NCBI GenBank assembly: GCA_016198585.1
Contig: JACQII010000001.1
Span: forward strand, 153 to 64,152
Source: Candidatus Aenigmatarchaeota archaeon
GTDB lineage: Archaea > Aenigmatarchaeota > Aenigmatarchaeia > QMZP01
DNA: 64,000 nt
Reading direction: 5' to 3'
Part shown: positions 1 through 8,960 of the stretch, one piece after another
Position numbering within the stretch: the first letter of the stretch is position 1
Layout of the letters: the number at the start of each line of letters is the position of its first letter
Notes under the pieces: model-generated
The model's database searches: none
Seen by the model: only the letters and a program-made list of their open reading frames with translations
What the model was told of the DNA's origin: nothing
Position numbers and translations under genes: made by a program

Positions 1-1
1 T

Positions 2-178
2 CCCTCCTTCGCCTACCCGCTTGGGGGGCCTTCCCCGATCATGCTCCTGCTCCGGTATCCGGACATCGATCTGCGAGGCAACCTGGCCTTCCGCCAGGGA
101 ACCCACGAGATCACCCTGACCAGCAACAGCACCGGCGGATCGAAAATCGTGCTGGTGAACGAGACGGTGGCGGCATGA
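2..178 (+). CDS. 3' end of a hypothetical protein (truncated by window edge)
   Basis: Open frame ...SFAYPLGG...IVLVNETVAA* ends in a TGA that overlaps the ATG of the next gene (ATGA). Confidence 0.6.
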   Translation, partial: PSFAYPLGGPSPIMLLLRYPDIDLRGNLAFRQGTHEITLTSNSTGGSKIVLVNETVAA

Positions 179-564
179 AAGTCCTCGTGGGCGGCAAGTT
201 CAACGTCATCCACCCCGGTCACGTGTTCTTCCTCCGGAAGGCCCGGTCCCGGGGAGACACGCTCACCGTAGTCCTGGCACATGACCGCACTCCGGGCATC
301 GTCGTGCCAGCCCGCGAGCGGAAGAAGGTCCTGGCATCGCTGCGCTGCGTGGACAAGGTCGTGATCGGCTATCCGATCACGGGCGAGGCCGGCTACCTGC
401 GGGTGATCCGCGACGAACGGCCGGGCATCATCGCGCTCGGGTATGACCAGCACGTCGACATCCACGCGCTGGAAGAAAGAATCAAGAAGCTCGGGCTGCG
501 GGTCCGGATCGTCCGGATACCCGAGCTGAAAGGGTACGCGACCCGCACCCTCATAAAAAAATAA
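175..564 (+). CDS. ribL: Archaeal FAD synthetase / cytidylyltransferase family
   Basis: GGKFNVIHPGH (HxGH) motif and ALGYDQ motif typical of RibL. Confidence 0.8.
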   Translation: MKVLVGGKFNVIHPGHVFFLRKARSRGDTLTVVLAHDRTPGIVVPARERKKVLASLRCVDKVVIGYPITGEAGYLRVIRDERPGIIALGYDQHVDIHALEERIKKLGLRVRIVRIPELKGYATRTLIKK

Positions 565-597
565 ATTAAAGAACAACGATTTTCGGCGCGACAACCG

Positions 598-654
598 CTA
601 TTCGTCCTCGTCCCAGCCGTCGTCCTCGTCGTCATCGTCTTGAAGCCAGAACAT
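598..654 (-). CDS. Putative 18-aa acidic micropeptide MFWLQDDDDEDDGWDEDE
   Basis: GGAGGTG SD 5 nt before ATG, TTTATATA box at 689-696 on the minus strand, downstream T-tract at about 555-570. Confidence 0.6.
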   Translation of the reverse strand: MFWLQDDDDEDDGWDEDE

Positions 655-736
655 CGGGACACCTCCTTGCCTATACCATGGCCCTAGGTATATAAATAGC
701 TATGGTGATCTCACGCGTGAGCAGCGTGTTGCGCGT

Positions 737-1573
737 TCACGGTCCGGTCAGGGGGATGCACCCGCAGAACTGGTTGGTGAGGGCGTGGCACAGCCGGCCG
801 TCAGCCGTCGTGGCAAGGAAATACTCCGCTCCCTGGTAGGTCGTCTGCTTCATGAGCGGGATCGCGGTCCCTGAACCCGCTTCGAGGGTGGCCCGTGCAG
901 TTGGGTTGGTGGAGGTCGGCAACGCATTTAGGTCGAAATTGACCGGCTGCAGGACAGTGATCGCCGAGGCGCATCCAGCCGGCAGGTCAGCCCCGGTGAA
1001 AGTTTCAAGTGTCGAACTCAAGTCGGACAGCTCTTCCTGGCTGATCCCGAACGAGGTGAAGAGCCGGCCGCTGATGCTGGGAAATCCGCTGAAACCGATC
1101 AGGGAAAAGGCGACGACCACAACGATGACTGCCAGGCCGGCGATCTTCACGGGATCGCGCATGGTCAGCTTCTCGGGCGGCAGATGTTTTGCCTGGTTTT
1201 TCCTCTTCTCCAACTTGGCGATCCGGTCCTCGAGCGCCTTCACGTTGATGAGATGGTGGGAAAACAGGTAGAGGCCGATCGCGAGCAGCACCGAGGTGAT
1301 CAGCGATCCCACGAGGATGTCCGCGTTGAAGAGGAGGTAGACTCCCTGGCCGAGGCTGGGGAAGAACCCGCTCATCGCCAGTCCGCCGAGGATCGAGACG
1401 ACGCCCATGACGATGCGGAGCCCGAGGTGTGGCAGCCAGCCGAGGACGCCACGGAACCCGCGGACAGCGATCGAACCGAAGAACAGGACGCTGAAGACGT
1501 AGAAGACCACGTCGAAGACGTAGAGGTTGTCCAGAAGCTGGCTGATGATCGCTGGCGCGTCTTCGAAGGCCAT
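737..1573 (-). CDS. Hypothetical membrane protein with Cys-containing C-terminal domain
   Basis: Start reassigned to MAFEDAP; about 4 hydrophobic helices, then a soluble domain with 4 Cys. Confidence 0.7.
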   Translation of the reverse strand: MAFEDAPAIISQLLDNLYVFDVVFYVFSVLFFGSIAVRGFRGVLGWLPHLGLRIVMGVVSILGGLAMSGFFPSLGQGVYLLFNADILVGSLITSVLLAIGLYLFSHHLINVKALEDRIAKLEKRKNQAKHLPPEKLTMRDPVKIAGLAVIVVVVAFSLIGFSGFPSISGRLFTSFGISQEELSDLSSTLETFTGADLPAGCASAITVLQPVNFDLNALPTSTNPTARATLEAGSGTAIPLMKQTTYQGAEYFLATTADGRLCHALTNQFCGCIPLTGP

Positions 1574-1600
1574 GATATAATAACGGGCACCATTATTAAT

Positions 1601-2689
1601 ATGCGCATCCGCTGTGTTGTCTGCCGCGCCCCGGCCAGGAGCGACCGGCCCGTGTTCCGCTGCCGGTGCGGCGGCACGCTGGAAGTGGTGTCCGCTCCCC
1701 CCAATGTCCGCCTGGGTTCCGGACCGCTGTCGCAGGTCCGCTACCTCCCGTTCTATCCTGTTCAGGAACTGGTCTCCCTCGGGGAAGGAGGCACGCCGCT
1801 CCTTCCCAGCGTCCGCATCGGGGCGCGCCTGGGCATCGACCTGCACTTCAAGAATGAAGCCGTGAACCCGACCGGCTCCTTCAAGGACCGCGGCAGCAGC
1901 GTCGAAGTGGCTAAGGCACGCGATTTCGGCGCGACCACGGCCGTCTGCGCCTCCACGGGGAACATGGGCGCGTCGGTCGCCGCCTACACGGCCGTCGCAG
2001 GCATCCGGTGCACGGTCGTCGTGCCGGCCGATGCAGCGGAGACGAAGATCGCCCAGATCCGCGCCTATGGCGCCCGGGTCGTCCGAGTCCGCGGCAGCTA
2101 CAACGACGCCGCCAACCTCGCCGAGCGGCGCGCCGCTCACGGGGCGTTCCTCCTCGGCGACTACCTCTACCGCCGGGAGGGGACCAAATCGCTCGGCTTC
2201 GAGCTTGCCGAGCAGGTCCAGGCAGATGCCATCCTGGTACCCATCGGCAACGGCGTCTTGATGGCCGCGATAGGGAAGGCCTACCGCGAGTTCGCGACCC
2301 TTGGCCTCGTGAAGAAAACCCCCCGCCTCATCGGCGTCCAGGCTGCGGGCAGCTCTACAGTCTCCGAAGCCCTCCTGCGCGGTCACCCCCTCCACTGTAT
2401 CGACCACCCCCACACGGTCGCCTCTGCGATCGAGGTGGGATGCCCCCTTGACGGGAAGCTGGCCACCGAGGCGATCCGGGAATCGCGCGGCTTCGCCTGC
2501 ACAGTCACCGACAGGGAGATTCTCGCGGCACAGCGGCTGCTCGCCAGGGAGGAAGGGCTCTCTGCCGAACCGGGCGGCGCGGCTTCCCTTGCCGGGCTCC
2601 TGAAGGTCCATTCCCAGCTCAGGCCAGGATCAACCGTCGTCTGCCTTGTGACTGGCCACGGCCTCAAGGGCCCGCCCCCCGCGCGGTAG
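1601..2689 (+). CDS. thrC: Threonine synthase (PLP-dependent)
   Basis: NPTGSFKDRG, ASTGN and C-terminal VTGHGLK motifs; N-terminal Cys ribbon. Confidence 0.9.
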   Translation: MRIRCVVCRAPARSDRPVFRCRCGGTLEVVSAPPNVRLGSGPLSQVRYLPFYPVQELVSLGEGGTPLLPSVRIGARLGIDLHFKNEAVNPTGSFKDRGSSVEVAKARDFGATTAVCASTGNMGASVAAYTAVAGIRCTVVVPADAAETKIAQIRAYGARVVRVRGSYNDAANLAERRAAHGAFLLGDYLYRREGTKSLGFELAEQVQADAILVPIGNGVLMAAIGKAYREFATLGLVKKTPRLIGVQAAGSSTVSEALLRGHPLHCIDHPHTVASAIEVGCPLDGKLATEAIRESRGFACTVTDREILAAQRLLAREEGLSAEPGGAASLAGLLKVHSQLRPGSTVVCLVTGHGLKGPPPAR

Positions 2690-2752
2690 CGGGGCGCGCC
2701 TCGCCCGACCGCGTCATCCAACGTTTAAATACTCGCCGCCCAATTACCAGCT

Positions 2753-3202
2753 ATGTCGCGGATGTATTCCCGCCGCAAGGGAAAATCGGGCAGCACCAAG
2801 CCCGCCCAGTTGAAAGCTCCCTGGGTCAAGCACAAGCCGGAGGAAGTCGAAGAACTGGTTGTCAAGGCCGCGAAAAAAGGCCAGCAGGCGGCTGCCATCG
2901 GATTGCTGCTGCGCGACCAATACGGCATTCCCACGGTGAAGATCAACAAGGTGAAGCTTTCCCACATCCTGCAGAAGAACAAGCTCCTCCCTGAGATCCC
3001 CGACGACATGTTCAACCTCCTCAAGAAGGCGGTGGACCTCAGCGCCCACCTCGAGCGTAACCACACCGATTACACCTCAAAGCGCGGCCTCGAGCTCACG
3101 GAGTCGAAAATCCGCCGCCTGGCCAAGTTCCACATCCGCAACAAAGGCCTGCCCGTGGGCTGGACCTACGATCTCGAGAAGGCCAAGCTGCTCGTGAAGT
3201 AA
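2753..3202 (+). CDS. rps15: 30S ribosomal protein S15 (uS15, archaeal type)
   Basis: MSRMYSRRKGKSGS, LRDQYGIP, ESKIRRL motifs. Confidence 0.97.
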   Translation: MSRMYSRRKGKSGSTKPAQLKAPWVKHKPEEVEELVVKAAKKGQQAAAIGLLLRDQYGIPTVKINKVKLSHILQKNKLLPEIPDDMFNLLKKAVDLSAHLERNHTDYTSKRGLELTESKIRRLAKFHIRNKGLPVGWTYDLEKAKLLVK

Positions 3203-3245
3203 CCCCGTGGTCGTCGGCGCAACCGCAGGTGCGGAGTCTGACCGT

Positions 3246-3671
3246 ATGAACATCCTGATCTGTGGGAGTATTGCGTTCTCGAAGGAGATGCAGGAAGCCA
3301 AGGCCGTCCTCGAGATGGCCGGTCACGCCGCGGTTCTGCCCCGCTCCGCTGAACTTGGCCAGGGAAAGGATTTCTCCAGTACGTTGCGCGCGACCGACCT
3401 CGACGCGTTCTTCCGCCTCAAGGCCGAGCGTATGCGGGAACATTTCGCGAAGATCCGGTCCGCAGACGCGATCCTAGTCCTGAACTACGACAAACCCGGG
3501 AAGCCGGCGTACATCGGCCCGAACACGTTTCTCGAGATGGGAGTCGCCTTCGACCTCGGAAAGAGGATCTTCGTTCTCCACACCCTCCCCGAACAGGACA
3601 ACGCCTACGAGGAGCTCCTTGCGATGGATCCTGTCGTGCTTGACGGCGATCTCTCCAGAATCAGCGAATGA
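3246..3671 (+). CDS. Nucleoside 2-deoxyribosyltransferase-like fold protein
   Basis: ICGS...DAILVLN...GPNTFLEMGVAFDLGKRIF pattern. Confidence 0.6.
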   Translation: MNILICGSIAFSKEMQEAKAVLEMAGHAAVLPRSAELGQGKDFSSTLRATDLDAFFRLKAERMREHFAKIRSADAILVLNYDKPGKPAYIGPNTFLEMGVAFDLGKRIFVLHTLPEQDNAYEELLAMDPVVLDGDLSRISE

Positions 3672-3692
3672 AGGCCAGCGTCAAGAAACAGT

Positions 3693-5477
3693 TCAGACCA
3701 TGACGCGGAGACTCTGGCTCGCAATCCCGCGCAGGACTTTCTTCCCGACCGGCGACTTCTTCCGGATCTTGATCTGGCCTTTGTGGCCGACGTGGACGGT
3801 CAGCGCATACTCGTCCCCGCTGTAGATGTCGACCTGCTCGCCGGCGAGGCCGGCTTCGACGTAGAGGAGGATGTTGCTCCCGCGTTCCTCGTACTGCCAC
3901 GCCGCTTGCTGCTTGAGAGTCTCCTCCACCGGCTCGACCGAAATGTGCATCCCCAGCTTGCGTTCGAGCTGCTCGATGTTGGCCCCCTTCTTCCCGATCA
4001 GGCGGGCGATGATGTCGTTCTTCACCCGCGCGATGATCCGGCCCCCGGCCACGTCGATCTTCACATTCGGGTCGTATTTCTGCAGTTCCTGGGAAATTCG
4101 CTCGAGGGCGAGCTCCTTCAGGGGCGACCGTTCCTCCTTGATCGGGATGATCACGTTCTCGTCACCGTAGGAGTAGATCTCATATTCCAGAATCTTGGTG
4201 GCGAAGTCCCGGATCTCCACCACCGGACGGGCAAGATCAGCCTCTGTCATGCCCGTCGGCACCTTGACGACAAGGGAAACCTCCAGAACCTTCGCGATGC
4301 GTCCGGCCTCCACGTAGACGACCGTGTCGATGACGTGGGGAATGATACCCAGTTCGAGGCGGCCGATGAACCGTTGGATCGCCGCGACCGGCGACGTGGC
4401 GTGGACGACCCCGATCATCCCCACCCCAGAAAGCCGCATGTCGCCGAAGACCTTGAAGTCGTAGGTCTTCCGCACCTCATCAAAGATCGTGTAGTCAGGC
4501 CGCACCAGGAGCAAGATCTCCGAGGTCTTGACCCAGTCGCCCTCCAGCGGAGCGTATTGCGTGATCTCGGGCCCAACCTGCAGGTCGCGCGGCTGCTCGA
4601 ACGTCTTCACGATCTTTCCCTTCGACGCCAGGAACTCGGCAATGGCCGCGGCGAAGCTGGTCTTGCCCGCTCCCGGGGGGCCGGCGATCAGCATACCCTC
4701 CGACCTCTCGGTCAGCCGCTCCTCCAAGTCCTTGTGCAGCTTGTAATCAGCGAGGCTGACCTTCGCGATCGGCCGGACCGCCGTCAGCTCGAGGCCGTCG
4801 CTGAAAGGCGGTTTCGCGATCGCGATCCGGTAATTGCCCAGTTGAACGACGAGCGCCCCTTGTCGCGCGAACTCGATGAACGATCCATCCTCCCGCCGGG
4901 CCTTGGTCACGACGTCGTCGATGATGTTCCTCAGTTCATCTTCCTCCATGAGCTTCTTTCCGAGCTTCACCAACTGAACCTCCCCCGGTCGGCCTTTCTT
5001 TGCCATGGGAACGACACCCACCTTTAGGTGGACGGACTGGGTCTGGTCGTCGAAGAATCCTTCCAGCTTCGTGACCTTGCTCACCTGGCGGGGAATGTGC
5101 TCGACTGACAAGCCTTCGACCTCACCGACCAGGGCCTGGACGTAGTCGCCGGTCAGCAATGTCGCGCCTTCCTTCCGCGCCACGTCGCGGATGATCGCGT
5201 CGATCCGGCCTTTCTTCGCGAGCTGGATTTCCTCCAGGGTCGGCCGGTCTCCGCGGAGTTCGACCGTGATGCTGTGGGTCTTCGCGAGCTCGCGGAGGCG
5301 CTTGATCTCCTCCAAGCCGCGGAAGCCGATGTCCTTGCCGGTCGATGCCTGCGCCTGCAGTTCGTCAAGGACAGCCCGCGGGATGATGAGGGTCGCCTCG
5401 GTGAGTTTCCCTTCCCTGATCAGCTCGGAGAGCTTCTCCTGGATCAGGATGCTGGTGTCGGGGACGATGAGTTTCAT
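3693..5477 (-). CDS. PINA-type ATPase (PIN + PilT-like ATPase + KH)
   Basis: VPDTS PIN start, Walker A GPPGAGKT, FDEVR, C-terminal IGKKG KH motif. Confidence 0.92.
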   Translation of the reverse strand: MKLIVPDTSILIQEKLSELIREGKLTEATLIIPRAVLDELQAQASTGKDIGFRGLEEIKRLRELAKTHSITVELRGDRPTLEEIQLAKKGRIDAIIRDVARKEGATLLTGDYVQALVGEVEGLSVEHIPRQVSKVTKLEGFFDDQTQSVHLKVGVVPMAKKGRPGEVQLVKLGKKLMEEDELRNIIDDVVTKARREDGSFIEFARQGALVVQLGNYRIAIAKPPFSDGLELTAVRPIAKVSLADYKLHKDLEERLTERSEGMLIAGPPGAGKTSFAAAIAEFLASKGKIVKTFEQPRDLQVGPEITQYAPLEGDWVKTSEILLLVRPDYTIFDEVRKTYDFKVFGDMRLSGVGMIGVVHATSPVAAIQRFIGRLELGIIPHVIDTVVYVEAGRIAKVLEVSLVVKVPTGMTEADLARPVVEIRDFATKILEYEIYSYGDENVIIPIKEERSPLKELALERISQELQKYDPNVKIDVAGGRIIARVKNDIIARLIGKKGANIEQLERKLGMHISVEPVEETLKQQAAWQYEERGSNILLYVEAGLAGEQVDIYSGDEYALTVHVGHKGQIKIRKKSPVGKKVLRGIASQSLRVMV

Positions 5478-5609
5478 ACCTCCCGTTTGCCAGCCTTCCT
5501 TAAAAAGCCCCCTCCGGGAAGAAAGCGCGCGCGGTCGCACCGATTACCTGGACCCGGCCGCCGGAAAACGCCGGAGGGCATTTATAAGATTCCCCAACTA
5601 ATCGGTTGT

Positions 5610-6167
5610 ATGGAGCATTTTCGCGTCAAAGTCGAAAACGTTGTTTCTTTTGCTTCCCTCGGAAAACCCATCCCCCTTGACAAGCTCGTGAAGGCAGTCG
5701 AGAACGCCGAGTACGAACCCGGCCGCTTTCCCGGCCTGCTGTACCGCGTTGACAATCCGCGCGCCGCCGCATTGATCTTCTCCTCCGGGAAGATCGTCTG
5801 CACCGGCACCAAGAGCATCGAGGATTCCAAGACCGTGATCCACAAGGTCGTCGAGCAGATAAGGAAGAGCGGCATCCCCATGCCCAAGAAGTACGACATC
5901 CGCGTCGAAAACATCGTCGCCGCGTCCCAGATCCAGGCCAAGCTCAACCTCGAGGAAATCACGTTTGCGCTCGACAACGCGGAATACGAGCCGGAGCAAT
6001 TCCCCGGTCTCGTGTACCGCATCCCGGAGTTGCGGGTGGCCTTCCTGCTCTTCAGCTCGGGGAAGATCGTGTGCACGGGCGCGCAGGCAGTCGATGACAT
6101 CCACGCGGCCCTCGGCAAGCTCAAGGTCCGGCTTGAGGAGATCGGCATCAAAGTCGTCCCGTCATGA
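5610..6167 (+). CDS. tbp: TATA-box binding protein
   Basis: Two direct repeats ENxV...YEPxxFPGL...FSSGKIVCTG. Confidence 0.98.
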   Translation: MEHFRVKVENVVSFASLGKPIPLDKLVKAVENAEYEPGRFPGLLYRVDNPRAAALIFSSGKIVCTGTKSIEDSKTVIHKVVEQIRKSGIPMPKKYDIRVENIVAASQIQAKLNLEEITFALDNAEYEPEQFPGLVYRIPELRVAFLLFSSGKIVCTGAQAVDDIHAALGKLKVRLEEIGIKVVPS

Positions 6168-6284
6168 AGGTCACTCTGCTGTTCGTTCAAGGATCTCACC
6201 TGGCAGAGGACGCATCTGCTGTCACGCAGCGTTCCTAGTTTCCTAGACGATGCGTGCTATAGAAATGAAGGTCGACCAGGATGC

Positions 6285-6470
6285 TTACTTCGTCCGGTCA
6301 CGCTGGACTGTCTTCCATTGCCAGGCGTACGCGCGGATCTTTCGCGACCTGCCGAAGCCGCACGCGGCGCAAATCTTGTGCCGGATGTGGTAGGCGTGCC
6401 TGCCGCACCGCCTGCAGGCGATGTGGGTCTTCCGGTTGCGCTTCCCCATGGAAGGCGTTCCCTTGGCCAT
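6285..6470 (-). CDS. rpl37e: 50S ribosomal protein L37e
   Basis: [14 protein letters not shown]...CAACGFG zinc finger. Confidence 0.97.
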   Translation of the reverse strand: MAKGTPSMGKRNRKTHIACRRCGRHAYHIRHKICAACGFGRSRKIRAYAWQWKTVQRDRTK

Positions 6471-6585
6471 AGTCTCCACTTGCGGGGGAGGGTATAAATA
6501 GCTTGCGGCGCGCTAGTGATGGCGGCCGCCAGAGTCCGGCTGCGGCGCCGCTGCCGGGACAGGGTGCCTGAGCCCGCAGAGCGGC

Positions 6586-6801
6586 CTACTTGGCGGGCGA
6601 GATGTAGACGATCGAGTCGCCCCGCAGGAGGACTTTGCCGAGCTTCAGCTCCTTGTCCCCCTGGATGATGGCGTCGTCGAGCCAGATGTTGATGTGGGAG
6701 TCGAAGGCCTTCAAGACGCCGCTAATGCTGTCGCCGTTCTTGACCTTCACGATGACGGTTTTCTCGACAGAAGAACCGAGGACGTCCAATGGTCGCTGCA
6801 T
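6586..6801 (-). CDS. Sm/Lsm-like RNA-binding protein
   Basis: RPLDVL, GVLKAFDSHIN and LRGDSI Sm motifs; adjacent to rpl37e as in many archaea. Confidence 0.93.
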   Translation of the reverse strand: MQRPLDVLGSSVEKTVIVKVKNGDSISGVLKAFDSHINIWLDDAIIQGDKELKLGKVLLRGDSIVYISPAK

Positions 6802-6866
6802 AGGGTCTCACGAATGGTCTTAATTATCTAGCCAAGGTTTAAATACTTGCGGGAGACAGTTGTTGT

Positions 6867-7253
6867 ATGGCACGTTGGCACATCCGCTCGCAGCGGTCTC
6901 CGACCGGCCGCTTGATGCACCGCATCCGGAAAAAGCGGCGTCGCGATCGCGGTTTGGAGTTCGTGGAGACCCGGGTTCAGGAGAGGACAGTCAAGCAGCA
7001 GCGCGCTCTCGGCGGCTCGATCAAGGTCAAGCTGCTCGCCGAGCAGACGGCGAACGTCGTGAACCCGAAGACCAAGAAGGTCGTCCGGTCCAAGATTCTC
7101 ACGGTACAGGGCAACCCGGCCAACCCGCACTACATCCGGCGGAACATCATCACGAAGGGTGCGGTCATCAAGACCGAGGCCGGCCTCGCCCGAGTGACTT
7201 CCCGACCGGGCCAGCATGGGGTCGTGAACGCTGTCCTCCTCGAGAAGTCCTAA
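6867..7253 (+). CDS. rps8e: 30S ribosomal protein S8e
   Basis: NPANPHYIRRNIITKGA, VTSRPGQHG motifs. Confidence 0.97.
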   Translation: MARWHIRSQRSPTGRLMHRIRKKRRRDRGLEFVETRVQERTVKQQRALGGSIKVKLLAEQTANVVNPKTKKVVRSKILTVQGNPANPHYIRRNIITKGAVIKTEAGLARVTSRPGQHGVVNAVLLEKS

Positions 7254-7259
7254 GTCCGG

Positions 7260-7715
7260 TCAGTCGAACAGTCGCAACACGTCCCGGTGGTGGGTCGCGA
7301 CATCCACCTTCTCGTAGACTTTCTGCACGCGGCCTTCGGGACTGATGATGAACGTCGTGCGCACGATTCCCCAGAATTCCCTGCCGTACAGCTTCTTCTT
7401 CTGGTAGACGCCGTAGCGTGTCGAGACCTTCGCATCCGGGTCGCTCAACAGCAAGTGTGGCAGACCATACTTCGTCGCGAACTTCTTGTGCGAGTCTGCG
7501 GAATCGAGGCTGACGCCGATCACGGCCACGTTCTTGTCGCCGAAGTAGCTGGCGTAGTCCCGGAATCCGCAGGCTTCCTTCGTGCATCCGGGAGTCATGT
7601 CCTTCGGGTAGAAGTACAACACCACCGGCTGCCCCCGGAAGTCGGACAGCTTGACGATCTTGCCCTCGGCGTCGGTGAGTGCAAAGTCCGGAGCGGCCTC
7701 GCCTGCCTTGATCAT
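7260..7715 (-). CDS. bcp: Peroxiredoxin, Bcp/PrxQ family
   Basis: YFYPKDMTPGCTKEAC motif. Confidence 0.95.
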   Translation of the reverse strand: MIKAGEAAPDFALTDAEGKIVKLSDFRGQPVVLYFYPKDMTPGCTKEACGFRDYASYFGDKNVAVIGVSLDSADSHKKFATKYGLPHLLLSDPDAKVSTRYGVYQKKKLYGREFWGIVRTTFIISPEGRVQKVYEKVDVATHHRDVLRLFD

Positions 7716-7777
7716 GCATGATATTGGTTATGTGGCCTTAAATCCCCGATACGGAAGCACAGAGTAGCCACGCTATT

Positions 7778-8899
7778 TCAAGGTCCACAAGTCGTGCATT
7801 TGGCCAACACGCGCTCACGGGCGATCTGCATCGCCGCTTCGCGGGGCGTCTGACCGCCCATCCTCTTGAGGACGAGCGCGGTGTTCTTCCTGATTTTCTT
7901 CTTGACGAGGGCGAACATGTCCTCCGGGTTCTTGCCCCGATATTCGGCGTAGCTGGAGATGACCCCGCCGGCGTTCGCCACGAAGTCCGGGATCACCAGA
8001 ATCTGCCGTCGGTGGAGCGTCGCCTCGAGCTCGGAGGTGGTCGGGATGTTGCTTCCCTCGATGACCAGCCTGGCCTTCACCTGGTCGACGTTCCGTGCCG
8101 TGATGAGGTCCGGGACCGCGGCCGTGATCAGCACGTCGGCTTCGACGCCCACGATGTCCGCCGCCGGGAGGATCGTGCCTGGCCTGCAGGACGTCACGGT
8201 CCCGCTCTTCTTTTTCGCTTCAACGGCGGCCGCGTAATCGATGCCCTCCTTGTTGTAGAGGACTCCCTTGCTGTCCGAGAGCGCGACCAGCCGGGCCCCG
8301 GCCTCGGAGAAGTATTTCGCGGCGAAGCTGCCGACGTTTCCCAGGCCCTCGATCGCTACGGTCACGTCTGTGATGTCCTTACCCAAGTGCTCGAGAGCGA
8401 CCATGCCGGCATGATACACCCCGAAACCCGTCGACCCGTACTCGTGGGGAATGCCGCATTTCTCACCTGGCCGGACGCACATCGTCGCCGGCTTGCCGGT
8501 TGCCGATTTGTAGCTGCCGTTCGCCTCGACGAACACGCGCATCTCCTCCTCGCCCATGTTCATGTCTGGAGCGGCAATGTAGTACTTCGGGCAGACCGGC
8601 TTCAGCGCCTCGGCGAACGCCCTGATGAGGTCTTTCTTCTTCTCCGGCGTCAGCTGCCGGTCGTCCGCAACGATCCCGCTTTTCGCCCCGCCGAAGGGGA
8701 GGTCAGCGAGAGCACACTTCCAGGTCATCGTGCGGGCGAGCTTGGCAACTTCGTCAATCGTGACCGTGGGGGTCATCCGGATGCCCCCTTTCCCCGGACC
8801 AAGGGCGGTGTTGTCCACCACGACGAATCCGTGCATCCCCACCTTGGGATTTGAGACCTCGAGGATCTTCTCAGGTCCGAACCGGTCAAAACTCACCAT
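7778..8899 (-). CDS. Glu/Leu/Phe/Val dehydrogenase (probable glutamate dehydrogenase)
   Basis: KGGIR, GGAKSG, GLGNVG and ANAGGV motifs. Confidence 0.9.
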   Translation of the reverse strand: MVSFDRFGPEKILEVSNPKVGMHGFVVVDNTALGPGKGGIRMTPTVTIDEVAKLARTMTWKCALADLPFGGAKSGIVADDRQLTPEKKKDLIRAFAEALKPVCPKYYIAAPDMNMGEEEMRVFVEANGSYKSATGKPATMCVRPGEKCGIPHEYGSTGFGVYHAGMVALEHLGKDITDVTVAIEGLGNVGSFAAKYFSEAGARLVALSDSKGVLYNKEGIDYAAAVEAKKKSGTVTSCRPGTILPAADIVGVEADVLITAAVPDLITARNVDQVKARLVIEGSNIPTTSELEATLHRRQILVIPDFVANAGGVISSYAEYRGKNPEDMFALVKKKIRKNTALVLKRMGGQTPREAAMQIARERVLAKCTTCGP

Positions 8900-8960
8900 A
8901 CGCTTATTATCGGCACCGCCCTTTAAAACCCTTTTTATGGCATCGCATGCAAGGGAAGTC

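Noticed and set aside
737-2611. 624-aa minus ORF as a single protein
   Set aside because: The N-terminal half is the antisense of thrC. The real gene starts at 1573 with its own TATA-like box.
6168-6585. tRNA or RNase P RNA near rpl37e and Sm
   Set aside because: No cloverleaf, T-loop or RNase P consensus in the short spacers.
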